From Candidatus Dormiibacterota bacterium (GTDB taxonomy: Bacteria > Chloroflexota > Dormibacteria > Aeolococcales > Aeolococcaceae), in contig CAVOMR010000002.1 in assembly GCA_963697085.1 (NCBI GenBank), positions 464,442 to 528,441 on the forward strand: DNA of 64,000 nt. The letters run 5' to 3'. The notes under the pieces are model-generated. The model worked only from the letters and a program-made list of their open reading frames with translations. It had not been told where the DNA came from and made no database searches. The position numbers and the translations under genes were made by a program. Shown here piece by piece: positions 45,204 through 53,596 of the stretch; within the stretch, counting starts at the first letter, position 1; each line of letters begins with the position of its first letter.

Positions 45204-46499
45204 ATGATGGAACGCCTGGGAACATCTGGCCCTCACACCCGGCGGAGGGCGATGCTGCGCCTCGCGGTTGTCGTCGTGATCGTTGGCGTTGCGTCATGGC
45301 TTGCCACTGGGCAGATCGGGCGCGCCGGGCAGCATTCAACGTCCGCGTCCTCGATCACCAGGTCTTCAGCGTCACCATCCTCGATCACCGGGTTCACAGC
45401 GTCACCATCCTCGATCACCGGGTCTTCAGCGTCACCATCCCTGACGTTGCCGGAGATCGGCCTTCTGTCCGGCGTGACCTGCGTGAGTGCACGAGATTGT
45501 TGGGCAGATGGTTCCAACGGATCATCAACACTGATGGTCCATTACGCCGGGAGTGGCTGGGCCTTCGTCACCGCTCCTTACCCGGCAGGGTCCACTGCTG
45601 CGTTGAACGGGGTGACCTGCGTGAGCGCTGACGATTGTTGGGCGGTTGGGAGTTCTGGCCCGGCGGGGCAGCCCGGTGATGCACCGCTGATCGAGCGCTA
45701 CACCGGGAGCAGCTGGACGATCGCCTCCGCCCCCGACCCTCGCCTCGGTCCGAACGTCGTGCTGAATGCAGTGGCCTGCATGAGCGCTGGGGAATGTTGG
45801 GCGGTTGGCGACTCCGGAAACGCCAGCGCCACCAGCCCACTGGTCGAGCGCTACACGGGGGGCCGCTGGGTGATCGTCGGCATCTCCAACCCGAGCCCGG
45901 ACCCGTTTGCTGTCTTGAATGGGGTGGCCTGCATGAGTAATGGGGAGTGTTGGGCGGTCGGCTACTCAGGCAATGTCAGCATCACCCGCCCATTGATCGA
46001 GCAGTACACGGGAAGCCGCTGGATCATCGTCGACGCGCGGAACCCCAGCGCAGCCCCCTTCGTCGCGCTGAATGCGATCGCCTGTGTTGGCCAACAGTGT
46101 TGGGCGGTTGGCTCGTCCGGCATCGGCGAGCCGGCGCTGCTCGAACACTTCACCGGAAGCACGTGGGTCATCGGCGCCCAATCCAGCGGGGGGGTCGCGA
46201 TCGGGGTGAGCTGTCCAAGCGTCGAGGACTGCTGGGCGGTTGGTCAGACCCAGCAACCAGCGATCGCCCAAGGTCCGCCGATGATCGAGCACTACAACGG
46301 GATCAGCTTGACAGCCGATCACACTCCAAACCAGATTGCGGGCGAAACCGGGGCCGTCTTAACTGGGGTGTCCTGCGTGAGTGTCTCGGACTGCTGGGCG
46401 GTGGGCTTTGGTGGGGGGGAGGGCAACCAGGGAACAATCATCGAGCAGTACACGGGGAGTGACTGGCGCGTGATTCGTGCTCTGAGCCACGGGCCGTGA
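45204..46499 (+). CDS. Signal-anchored secreted repeat protein with about 8 copies of a roughly 46-aa 'LNGVxCxSxxxCWAVG' repeat (novel; beta-propeller-like) after a Ser-rich linker
   Basis: LSGVTCVSARDCWADG / LNGVTCVSADDCWAVG / LNAVACMSAGECWAVG / LNGVACMSNGECWAVG / LNAIACVGQQCWAVG / GVSCPSVEDCWAVG / LTGVSCVSVSDCWAVG, each followed by ...ERYTGS(S/R)W(T/V)I...; N-terminal TM MLRLAVVVVIVGVASWLATG. Confidence 0.7.
   Translation: MMERLGTSGPHTRRRAMLRLAVVVVIVGVASWLATGQIGRAGQHSTSASSITRSSASPSSITGFTASPSSITGSSASPSLTLPEIGLLSGVTCVSARDCWADGSNGSSTLMVHYAGSGWAFVTAPYPAGSTAALNGVTCVSADDCWAVGSSGPAGQPGDAPLIERYTGSSWTIASAPDPRLGPNVVLNAVACMSAGECWAVGDSGNASATSPLVERYTGGRWVIVGISNPSPDPFAVLNGVACMSNGECWAVGYSGNVSITRPLIEQYTGSRWIIVDARNPSAAPFVALNAIACVGQQCWAVGSSGIGEPALLEHFTGSTWVIGAQSSGGVAIGVSCPSVEDCWAVGQTQQPAIAQGPPMIEHYNGISLTADHTPNQIAGETGAVLTGVSCVSVSDCWAVGFGGGEGNQGTIIEQYTGSDWRVIRALSHGP
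45344..45442 (+). repeat. Coding tandem repeat, about 3 x 33 nt (tcaccatcctcgatcaccgggtcttcagcg) encoding Ser-rich linker SASPSSITG-
   Basis: Protein: SASSITRSSASPSSITGFTASPSSITGSSASPS; nucleotide repeats read directly at 45344-45442. Confidence 0.8.
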
Positions 46500-46686
46500 C
46501 CGACGGCTCCCACACGTCGAGATCTGGCATCGCAACCCGAGCATGAACCTCGTTCATTCAGGCTAAGCTTGGGCCACTGCACCATGATGCAGCGGGCTGA
46601 GACGTCAGCATCGTATGGCCGGCGGAGTGCCGCGGATGCACGCGAGGCTTCGTCGTGAGCGTGGGGTGGTGTCCGGTGGGATTACG

Positions 46687-46716
46687 GAGGGGTTGTATTA
46701 ACGACGGACGAGGTTG
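46687..46716 (+). repeat. 30-bp direct repeat, copy 1 (gaggggttgtattaacgacggacgaggttg); 25/30 identical to 50241..50270; att-like
   Basis: Direct comparison of the two 30-mers; the shared 3' 11-mer ggacgaggttg is the reverse complement of the HNH codons for N-L-V. Confidence 0.7.
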
Positions 46717-46774
46717 ATCAATACCCTCTGCCGGGTCTAGATGCCTCCCTTGTCGCGGAGCGCCTGCAGCGCCT

Positions 46775-46978
46775 TCAGCGCAGCCAGTCGGCTTCGGAAT
46801 TGGGCTTCATCCGAACGAGAACGTCTCGAGCACGGAGGCAGTAACCGCACGTAGCACACTTCGAGCTCGGGCGGGCTGCAGGTAGATCACGTATCCCGAC
46901 GCTGGACTTCTGATATGTGAGCGGAACGAGTCGGGTCGAGTGACATCGCGGACATAGCAGCAAGGTTCCGTGGAGCAT
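46775..46978 (-). CDS. Small Cys-rich ORF (CxxC...CxxC zinc-ribbon-like), possibly a degraded gene remnant
   Basis: MLHGTLLLCPRCHSTRLVPLTYQKSSVGIRDLPAARPSSKCATCGYCLRARD; lies in a locally low-GC, gene-poor stretch. Confidence 0.2.
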   Translation of the reverse strand: MLHGTLLLCPRCHSTRLVPLTYQKSSVGIRDLPAARPSSKCATCGYCLRARDVLVRMKPNSEADWLR

Positions 46979-47034
46979 GCAGAATTTCGCAGGAGTGGGC
47001 CGTTGGCCGTTTTCGGTCGAGAATGGAGGCGGTA

Positions 47035-47280
47035 TTAGTAGATGTGGGCGGTCCGGACCATCCTCACCAAGTCCGTGAGGCGTGAATCGACGGCAATTCT
47101 CGTTGCACGACCCGCCAAGTCGCTGAGTTCACGATCAATATGATCGAGAATCGCGCTCACTTCGTCGTCGTTGAGCGAGAAGCCGACCACCGCGGCGGCG
47201 GCATCGATGTCCTGACTTCGGATGGTGACCGGGATCCGCACCTCGCGCGTCATTGCAGTGCTAACCATGGCGAGTATCAT
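47035..47280 (-). CDS. Hypothetical small protein (81 aa)
   Basis: MILAMVSTAMTREVRIPVTIRSQDIDAAAAVVGFSLNDDEVSAILDHIDRELSDLAGRATRIAVDSRLTDLVRMVRTAHIY; no confident family. Confidence 0.3.
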   Translation of the reverse strand: MILAMVSTAMTREVRIPVTIRSQDIDAAAAVVGFSLNDDEVSAILDHIDRELSDLAGRATRIAVDSRLTDLVRMVRTAHIY

Positions 47281-47726
47281 CGTCCTCCAGGGCGGGGCGG
47301 GAGGTGTAGTGGGCTTGTACGCCCGTTCCGTCTGGCATCCATCGTTTCCGAACGAGCGCCGATGCACAAGAGCCGAAGGTCCCGTTTGGCAGAACGGGAG
47401 GAGAGCCGATTGTCACATCGAAAACCGTCCGAACGACGAGGAGGAGCGTGCTGGCTGATCCCACTGTCGATGAGGACCGTCACCGCACCTGCTCAGAAGT
47501 CACGTCGCAGCGAGTTCTGCCGACCAGCGACGTCATGCGACGGAAGGGCCAATTACGATCGGCGAGTGAAGCTACCGCCTCTCGGCGTTACCCCCTGAAC
47601 ATTCGAAAGACGGCAAGCACCGGTGACGACCTTGGCTCGCCGACAAGTGACTGCACCCCAGCGTCCTTTCTCACAAAACAGACATCCGGCGCCATGTTCG
47701 CGATGATCTTCACCGACTGCCGGAAG

Positions 47727-48318
47727 TCACTTGACGACACCCGCGCCTGCCGCGTTGACGACTTCCCAGCGAGCTCCGAAGGCGTCGATCCCCTCGCCGT
47801 TCGCCACGCCCGGCGCCGAATCGGCGATGAAGTAATAGAGCGGATGACCGTCATAGGTAACTTGGGTCGTCCCGTTCTGGCGCTTGGTCGTGCCGAGCTG
47901 ACTCTGCAAGACGCCGCTCGTCGCTCGTGGGGCACCAATCGTGGTCAAAGGGGGCCAGTTCTGCGCGCACGCCCCTTACAGGTGGACGTCGTGCCTGCGT
48001 CACCCAGGAAGAGATATAGGGTTCTGCCGTTGCCTCCGACGAGGATCTGCCCCAGGTCACCGACGCTGCGCAAGGCCATTGCCGTGCCCGTCGCCGGAGC
48101 GGACGGTGCGGGCGTCGACGTCGGCTTGGCCGTGGCGTCGGCGTGGTTACAGTTGTCGGCGTCGGTGGCGGCGTTGTGGAAGATGGGGCAGTCGGGGTTG
48201 GAGATGTTCCGCCGATTGTGCCGGTGGTTGCAGACCCGCAGGCGGCGAGGATAAGCAGACTAAAGGTACCGCCCAACATCACGAGGTTCCGTGTCATCTG
48301 TCCGTGCTCCGCGGTCAT
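47727..48318 (-). CDS. COG4315-family secreted lipoprotein (Yx(F/Y)xxD motif family); frameshifted around 47990
   Basis: N-terminus MTRNLVMLGGTFSLLILAACGSATTGT... (lipobox) in ORF 47851..48318; C-terminus GTTQVTYDGHPLYYFIADSAPGVANGEGIDAFGARWEVVNAAG in ORF 47727..47948; the middle (LVGGNGRTLYLFLGDAGTTSTC...) is readable only by shifting frame at a GGGG run. Confidence 0.7.
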
Positions 48319-48503
48319 GGCCGCATATCCCGTTGACTCCTGAGTGGGTCACGAACCTCAATACGAGCGGCAGTTACGGATTACGGGAAACGACATCGGC
48401 GCCGCTACATTTCGCCGTCTGGCCCTGTAACTCAGCGCCGTACGAGGAGCGTTTCTGAGCGGTCGACTCCTCACGGTGCCCCCGTCGTCTCGCTACCCTT
48501 CTC

Positions 48504-49058
48504 GTGATGGTCGATCCTCTTCCTAAATCCGAGAGTGCCACCCAAGTGATCACGTGGAATGTGATCCCCGGCCGGGAGGCTGCCTTCGAGAACTGGGCAC
48601 ATGACATGACAACCCTCGCAACGCGCCAGGAGGGTCACATGGGCGCCGCGTGGTTGCGTCCGGAGGCTCGCGGTGGGGCCTACCACGTGGTCTTCCGGTT
48701 CACCACCACCGAGCTACTGCAACAGTGGATGGGCTCGGATGAACGGGCCGGAATGGTGGCGAACCTCAAAGGAATCGCAACCCAACAAGGCCACCAACAG
48801 ACGGGCTTGGAGACCTGGTTCAGCCTCCGTGGTCAGACCAACTTGCCTCCTCCAAAATGGAAAATGGCTCTCGTGACCTTCGGTGCGGTGTATCCGCTCA
48901 GCATCCTGTTCACCTGGCTCGTGGTGCCCTCGGTGCAAAGCTGGTCCATCGTTTGGCGCGCCGCGTTATTCCCCCTCGCTCTCGTTCCCCTGTTGACGTT
49001 CGTGATCATGCCGCGATTGAGTGGGCTGCTCAGACACTGGCTCTACGGAACAAGGTGA
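48504..49058 (+). CDS. ABM (antibiotic-biosynthesis-monooxygenase-like) domain protein with C-terminal transmembrane segment(s)
   Basis: QVITWNVIPGREAAFENWAHDMTTLATRQEGHMGAAWLRPEARGGAYHVVFRFTTTELLQQWMGSDERAGMVANL then WKMALVTFGAVYPLSILFTWLVVP...LFPLALVPLLTFVIMPRLSGLL. Confidence 0.6.
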   Translation: MMVDPLPKSESATQVITWNVIPGREAAFENWAHDMTTLATRQEGHMGAAWLRPEARGGAYHVVFRFTTTELLQQWMGSDERAGMVANLKGIATQQGHQQTGLETWFSLRGQTNLPPPKWKMALVTFGAVYPLSILFTWLVVPSVQSWSIVWRAALFPLALVPLLTFVIMPRLSGLLRHWLYGTR

Positions 49059-49222
49059 TGTTGATAAGGGCCGGGGACGATTCGTTTAACAGCCCGAGGG
49101 ACTGCCGATACGGGCACTACGAGAAATCAGTCGCATCGACAGCGCCACACCGAGCGAGTACTCGCGCGTTGTCGTCGTTGGCGTCGTCGCTTGCCGCAAT
49201 GAGGTCGTAGGAAGGAGCGAGC

Positions 49223-50083
49223 ATGGAACCCAGGGCGATCAACCCGATCGACTTCCGCGAGGCGCAGCACAAGCACTGGGACTCGGCTGCGGTCGGATGG
49301 ATGGAGTGGAGCGAGTTCAATGACAACGCCGACAGGCACATCAGCGAACGGCTCGTAGAGCTCGCTGATGTGCAGTCGGGAAGCCGGGTGCTGGACGTCG
49401 CCGCCGGCTACGGCGAACCGGCCCTCACCGCAGCGCGTAGGGCGGGCCCGGGTGGCCGCGTTGTGGCCACGGACATCTCCGCCGAGATGCTCGCGTTTGG
49501 GCGTGTACGCGCGGCCAAGGCCGGGTTGCGCAACATCGAGTTCTTGGAGTCCGACGCCTACAGCCTCGATTTTCCCGACGCGAGCTTCGACGCTGCCGTC
49601 TCGCGCTGGGGAATCATCTTCGAGCCTGACGCGGAGGCCGCCGCGCGGCACATCCGAGGCTTCCTCAAGCCGGGCGCACGGTTGGCGATCAGCTCCTGGG
49701 GCGAGCCCGCTCGGGTCCCCTTTCTCTCGATTCCTTTGAGGACCACGATGGAGCGGCTGGGCGTGCCTACGTCCCCAGCCGGAACGCCTGGGCCTCTCTC
49801 CCGGCCCACCCCCGCTGCCATCGGTGCGTTGCTCGAAGGAGGTGGGTTCTCGAAGGTCGCCGTGGAGCAGGACGAGGTCACCTTCGAGTTCAACTCCCCG
49901 GAGCACTTCACCGCCTACATCAGGGCGATCTCCGCGCCGATTCGGGCGATGATCGAGCAGTACGCGGGCGAGGCCCAGGAAGAGGCTTGGGACGCGATCA
50001 CGCACGCTGCAGCCAATGTGGGGGGTGGCTCGAACCCGCTTAGCTTCTCGAACGTGGTGCTGCTGGCCTCGGCAACCGCATAG
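49223..50083 (+). CDS. Class I SAM-dependent methyltransferase
   Basis: SRVLDVAAGYGEPALTAARRAGPGGRVVATDISAEMLAFG...IEFLESDAYSLDFPDASFDAAVSRWGIIF (motifs I, post-I, II). Confidence 0.8.
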   Translation: MEPRAINPIDFREAQHKHWDSAAVGWMEWSEFNDNADRHISERLVELADVQSGSRVLDVAAGYGEPALTAARRAGPGGRVVATDISAEMLAFGRVRAAKAGLRNIEFLESDAYSLDFPDASFDAAVSRWGIIFEPDAEAAARHIRGFLKPGARLAISSWGEPARVPFLSIPLRTTMERLGVPTSPAGTPGPLSRPTPAAIGALLEGGGFSKVAVEQDEVTFEFNSPEHFTAYIRAISAPIRAMIEQYAGEAQEEAWDAITHAAANVGGGSNPLSFSNVVLLASATA

Positions 50084-50240
50084 CCTCCCCTCGCGCTAAG
50101 AACCGCCTCGGGAATCCGGGAGAACTCAGGGGTGGCATCGTTGAGCGCGGGGTGGCATGGCTCGGTTCAGGTACGCCGTCGGGGCGTCAGGTGACGAGCC
50201 CGTTCCTCAGCCGTGGCTGATCTCACTCGGTGGGCTCCGC

Positions 50241-50270
50241 CAGGGGATGTACTAAGGATGGACGAGGTTG
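50241..50270 (+). repeat. 30-bp direct repeat, copy 2 (caggggatgtactaaggatggacgaggttg), at the junction between inserted DNA and the middle HNH fragment
   Basis: 25/30 identity with 46687..46716; 3' part encodes N-L-V of the HNH gene on the minus strand; the related core gaccaggttgg also occurs at 41751..41761. Confidence 0.7.
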
Positions 50271-50365
50271 TCGAGCTCGGTGGGACCGCCATCTGCCCAG
50301 TGGATGATGTGGTGGCCGTCGGTCCATTCAATCGGCCGGTCGCATCCCGGGAAACGGCAGCCCCG
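50252..50365 (-). pseudogene. Middle fragment of the REP13E12/DUF222-type HNH endonuclease gene (RGCRFPGCDRPIEWTDGHHIIHWADGGPTELDNLV-HP*), fused in frame to truncated istB
   Basis: Canonical HNH motif CxFxGC...HHIxHWxxGGxTxLxNLV; preceded without a stop by IstB ...TSNRGFGDWNQ. Confidence 0.8.
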
Positions 50366-51019
50366 TTGATTCCAGTCACCGAAGCCGCGGTTACTGGTGA
50401 GCACGATCGAGGCCTTCTCGTAGCGCCGGCTGACCATCTGAAAGATCCAGTTCGCCGACGCCTGATCGAGGGGCAGGTAGCCGAGTTCGTCGACCACCAG
50501 CACTGACGGACCGGTGTAGGTGCGCATCTTGTAGCTGGCCGTGCCCTCGAGGTGCGCCGACTGGAGGTTGGCCACCAGGTCGGCGGCGGATGTGAAGTAG
50601 GTGCGATAGCCGGCCTCGGTGGCGGCGATGCCGAGTGCAATGGCGAGATGCGATTTGCCCACACCGGGTGGCCCGAGCAGGATGACGTTGCGGCGCTCCT
50701 CGACGAAGCGCAGCGTGGAGAGTTCGGCGAGCACCGTGCGGTCGAGCGAGGGCTGGAAGTCGAGGTCAAACTCGGCGAGCGTCTTGTGAATCGGGTAGCG
50801 CGCAAAGCGCAGCCGTCCGCGCAGCCGACGTGCCCGGGTTGCATCCGCTTCGATCGCCATGAGGCGTTCCAACACCTGCGTCGCCGAGGCCTGCTCGCGC
50901 GTGCCGCGGTCGAGCTCGTCGGCAAGATGCTCTGCGGCGGCGCTCATTTCGAGGTACGCAAGATGTTCGCGCAGGCGCTGATACGCGCTGGGGTCCGAGC
51001 TGCTGGCACGCGGGCTCAC
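50366..51019 (-). CDS. istB: IS21-family transposition helper ATPase IstB (about 219 aa retained, C-terminally truncated)
   Basis: RNVILLGPPGVGKSHLAIALGIAATEAGYRTYF (Walker A)...SVLVVDELGYLPLDQASANWIFQMVSRRYEKASIVLTSNRGFGDWNQ. Confidence 0.85.
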
Positions 51020-52047
51020 AACGCCACCTCGTAGGCGCTGAGCGGACGCACCTCAACCTGCTCGCCGAGCTGACGTTGCGCGGCATCGACCACGTGCAGA
51101 ACGGGGCGCGCAGCGTCGTCGCCGGCAAAGCGTTCGAGCAGATGGCGGGGCACGGCGCTGAGCAGACGGCGTTCCTCGGCCCAGGCCTCGCCGATGATCC
51201 GCTGGGTGGTGCGGTGGCGGCGCGGCAGGATGCGCTCCCGGATCCAGCGCAGCGCGAAGGCGTCGTAGTCGGCGATGCTCGGCCGAGGCGGCAGCACCTG
51301 GCCGGTGAGCCAGCAGCGAAAGCTCTGCTCGACCTCACGGTTCTCGCGTTCGACCTTGCCTTTGGTTTTGGCGCGGTATGGCCGGCACGCACGGGGCACC
51401 GTGCCCAGCAGTGCGCAGAGGTCGATCCACTCGGGGACGAACAGTGGGCCGTCGGCGGCGTGGTTGCAGAACACCGTATCGCGGTCGGTGAGCAGCTCCC
51501 GCGTGACCCCACCGAGGTCGTCGAGGCAGCGCACCAGGCGCTCGAAGCTCACCTCCCGCGTGCAGCTGGCAGCGATCCGGATCGCGGGCATGCGGCTGTG
51601 CCCGAGGATCGCCACCATGGCGTGGAGCTCGACCAGCTCCTCGCCGAGCGGCCAGCTCCCGATGTGCTTCCAGTCCGCCTGGGTCTGCACACCGGGCAAC
51701 GTCTCGAAGCGCACCTCGGGGTCATGTGGCAGGGCGGGCCGGAGCGGACGGACCTGACGCAGGAAGGTCCAATAGCTGCCCGCATAGCCGTATTCGGTGC
51801 GCAGCTCGTGGTGCAGGTCGGTGCTGCGCAGCACCGGACAGACCAGCAGCCGGCATTCGATGTGGGCCAGCTGCGCTTCGTTGAGCGGGTGGCGCGGGGC
51901 GCGCTGCGGGTACCGAGACGGGCGCTCGGCGTCGAGCTCCCTGCGCACCGTGCGCCGGTTCAGCTTGAAGTGGCGGGCGAGCGCACTGACGCTCCATCCG
52001 TGTTGGTGCAGGACATGCAGTTCCATCCAGAGTTCCTCAAACTCCAC
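51016..52047 (-). CDS. istA: IS21-family transposase IstA
   Basis: MEFEELWMELHVLHQHGWSVSALARHFKLNRRTVRRELD (HTH)...WKHIGSWPLGEELVELHAMVAILGHSRMPAIRIAAS...TDRDTVFCNH...YRAKTKGKVERENREV (DDE domain). Confidence 0.85.
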   Translation of the reverse strand: MEFEELWMELHVLHQHGWSVSALARHFKLNRRTVRRELDAERPSRYPQRAPRHPLNEAQLAHIECRLLVCPVLRSTDLHHELRTEYGYAGSYWTFLRQVRPLRPALPHDPEVRFETLPGVQTQADWKHIGSWPLGEELVELHAMVAILGHSRMPAIRIAASCTREVSFERLVRCLDDLGGVTRELLTDRDTVFCNHAADGPLFVPEWIDLCALLGTVPRACRPYRAKTKGKVERENREVEQSFRCWLTGQVLPPRPSIADYDAFALRWIRERILPRRHRTTQRIIGEAWAEERRLLSAVPRHLLERFAGDDAARPVLHVVDAAQRQLGEQVEVRPLSAYEVAL

Positions 52048-52190
52048 GGCGGTCCCTCTTGGTGCTGGTGGCGTTGAACACCGTCCAGCTTGCCCGGAGG
52101 GACTGCCTTTTTTCCGATCACGATCAGGTCCGATCCACCCCTGAGGACCTGTGCACTATTGTGTCAGAACTGCGCATATTCTGTAAAGAG

Positions 52191-53222
52191 GTCGCGCACC
52201 ACCAGCGCAGTGCGGATGTGCACCGGGATGGTGCGCGCGGCGCGACCCACCGAGAGCGGCACCACCGGCGTCGTGACTGCCGAGAGCCACGCATCGGTAC
52301 CATCCGCACTATCCGAAGACAGCGGCACGGTCACCTCGGTCTTGACTGCGTCGCAGGCGATACGGCGTGCGGTCTCAGGATGGATCGGCCCCGCACCCTG
52401 GAGCGTCGCGGCCTCCGCATCCGCATCATTGCGCAGCGCTGGAGCACTCACCGTGACGGTGAGATGCGGCCGCTGCCCGTGCATCTCGGGAAGCGCAGCA
52501 GAGCGCAACTGCGAGGCAGCATGGTCGACCAGCGCATCCGCACGACGCTGCGACGCACTGCGCGTGTCCCCAGGACGGGGCATCTCGGTGATCGCATCGA
52601 GCCAGGTCTTGACCAGGGCGCCGCTTTCGGTGTCGAACTGCCCCTGGGAGAACCACTCACCGCCGTACGACTGATCGAGGTTGAACCAGCGGCGCTCGTG
52701 GGCACGGTTGTCAGCGGCAAGGACCCCGTCGGGATCGACCCGGAGCCGGGTTGCCTGGATGACGGTGCGCATCGGCCCGGCCTCGAGGGTCTCCGCCGCT
52801 CCCACCAGGATCATCTCCAGTGGAGCGATCTCCGCCACCCCGACCTCCTTGGCGAGGGAGGCAATCTGGGTCACGTTGCTCAACGAGGCACGGCCGGCAC
52901 GAGCGCTGTCGAGCGTGGCCGGCAGTTCGCTCAGGGTCCGCGCCAGATGCACGCGTTCGGCAGCCGCCTTCCCGGTCATGGCGCAGTGATGGCGCACCCA
53001 GGAGGTCGTGCTCACGCCTCCATCGGCGAGCGCACCGTGGGCGCGGTCGAAACGTCCCAGGCGACGCAGGCACTCAGCCTCGAGCCGGTCGATCAGCAGC
53101 CGGATGTCGATCACGTCCGCGCCCAGTGCGTGCGTCGAAAACCCCTCGATGGGCTCGGCGACGAGAGCATCAACCGCGCTCGTGAGACGGTCTCGGGCAT
53201 CGGGAATTGCGAACGCTTCCAT
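52191..53222 (-). pseudogene. 5' portion (DUF222 domain) of the REP13E12-type HNH endonuclease gene, interrupted after ...ALVVRD by the IS21 element
   Basis: MEAFAIPDARDRLTSAVDALVAEPIEGFSTHALGADVIDIRLLIDRLEAECLRRLGRFDRAHGALADGGVSTTSWVRHHCAMTGKAAAERVHLARTLSELP... typical DUF222; track ORF 52164..53222 ends LFTEYAQF*, which is IS-derived. Confidence 0.8.
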
Positions 53223-53596
53223 TCACGGAAGTATAGCAAACATGTGTTCGCCAATGCCTGGACTCAACACGGACAATGTGTGTCCGTGTCGACTTATTGC
53301 CATCTTCGGCAATAACAACCTCCCGCGTAGCTGGGACCATCGCCGACGACGACAACTCCCGCCTGCTTGTGCGCGAAGAAGCCCTGCACGGGAGGCGTCG
53401 CCGCCGAGTAGAACGGCCAACTCAGCGGAGTCGCGAAGCCCTTTCCGCGGCCGGCGTCAGTGACGATGCGCGCCTGCGCGCGCGCCGATCGGACTACCGC
53501 TCTTCTCGAGATGGTTCGTGGCGCGCGCGGTGGTATGCGACCAGGCAGAGAACGGCCGCGTATTCCAGGGAGGGCATCCCCGCACCGGAGCCGCGA

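Larger units (their letters stand above)
50366..52190 (-). mobile_element. IS21-family insertion sequence (istA + C-terminally truncated istB) inserted into the DUF222/HNH gene
   Basis: istA and istB overlap by 4 nt as is typical for IS21; flanked on both sides by halves of one HNH gene (...ALVVRD | IS | RGCRFPGC...); right end appears to lack the last about 40 codons of istB and a terminal inverted repeat. Confidence 0.8.

Noticed and set aside
50167-50925. 252-aa minus-strand ORF overlapping istB
   Set aside because: Alternative frame of istB with Ser/Arg/Pro-rich junk. IstB homology is in the other frame.
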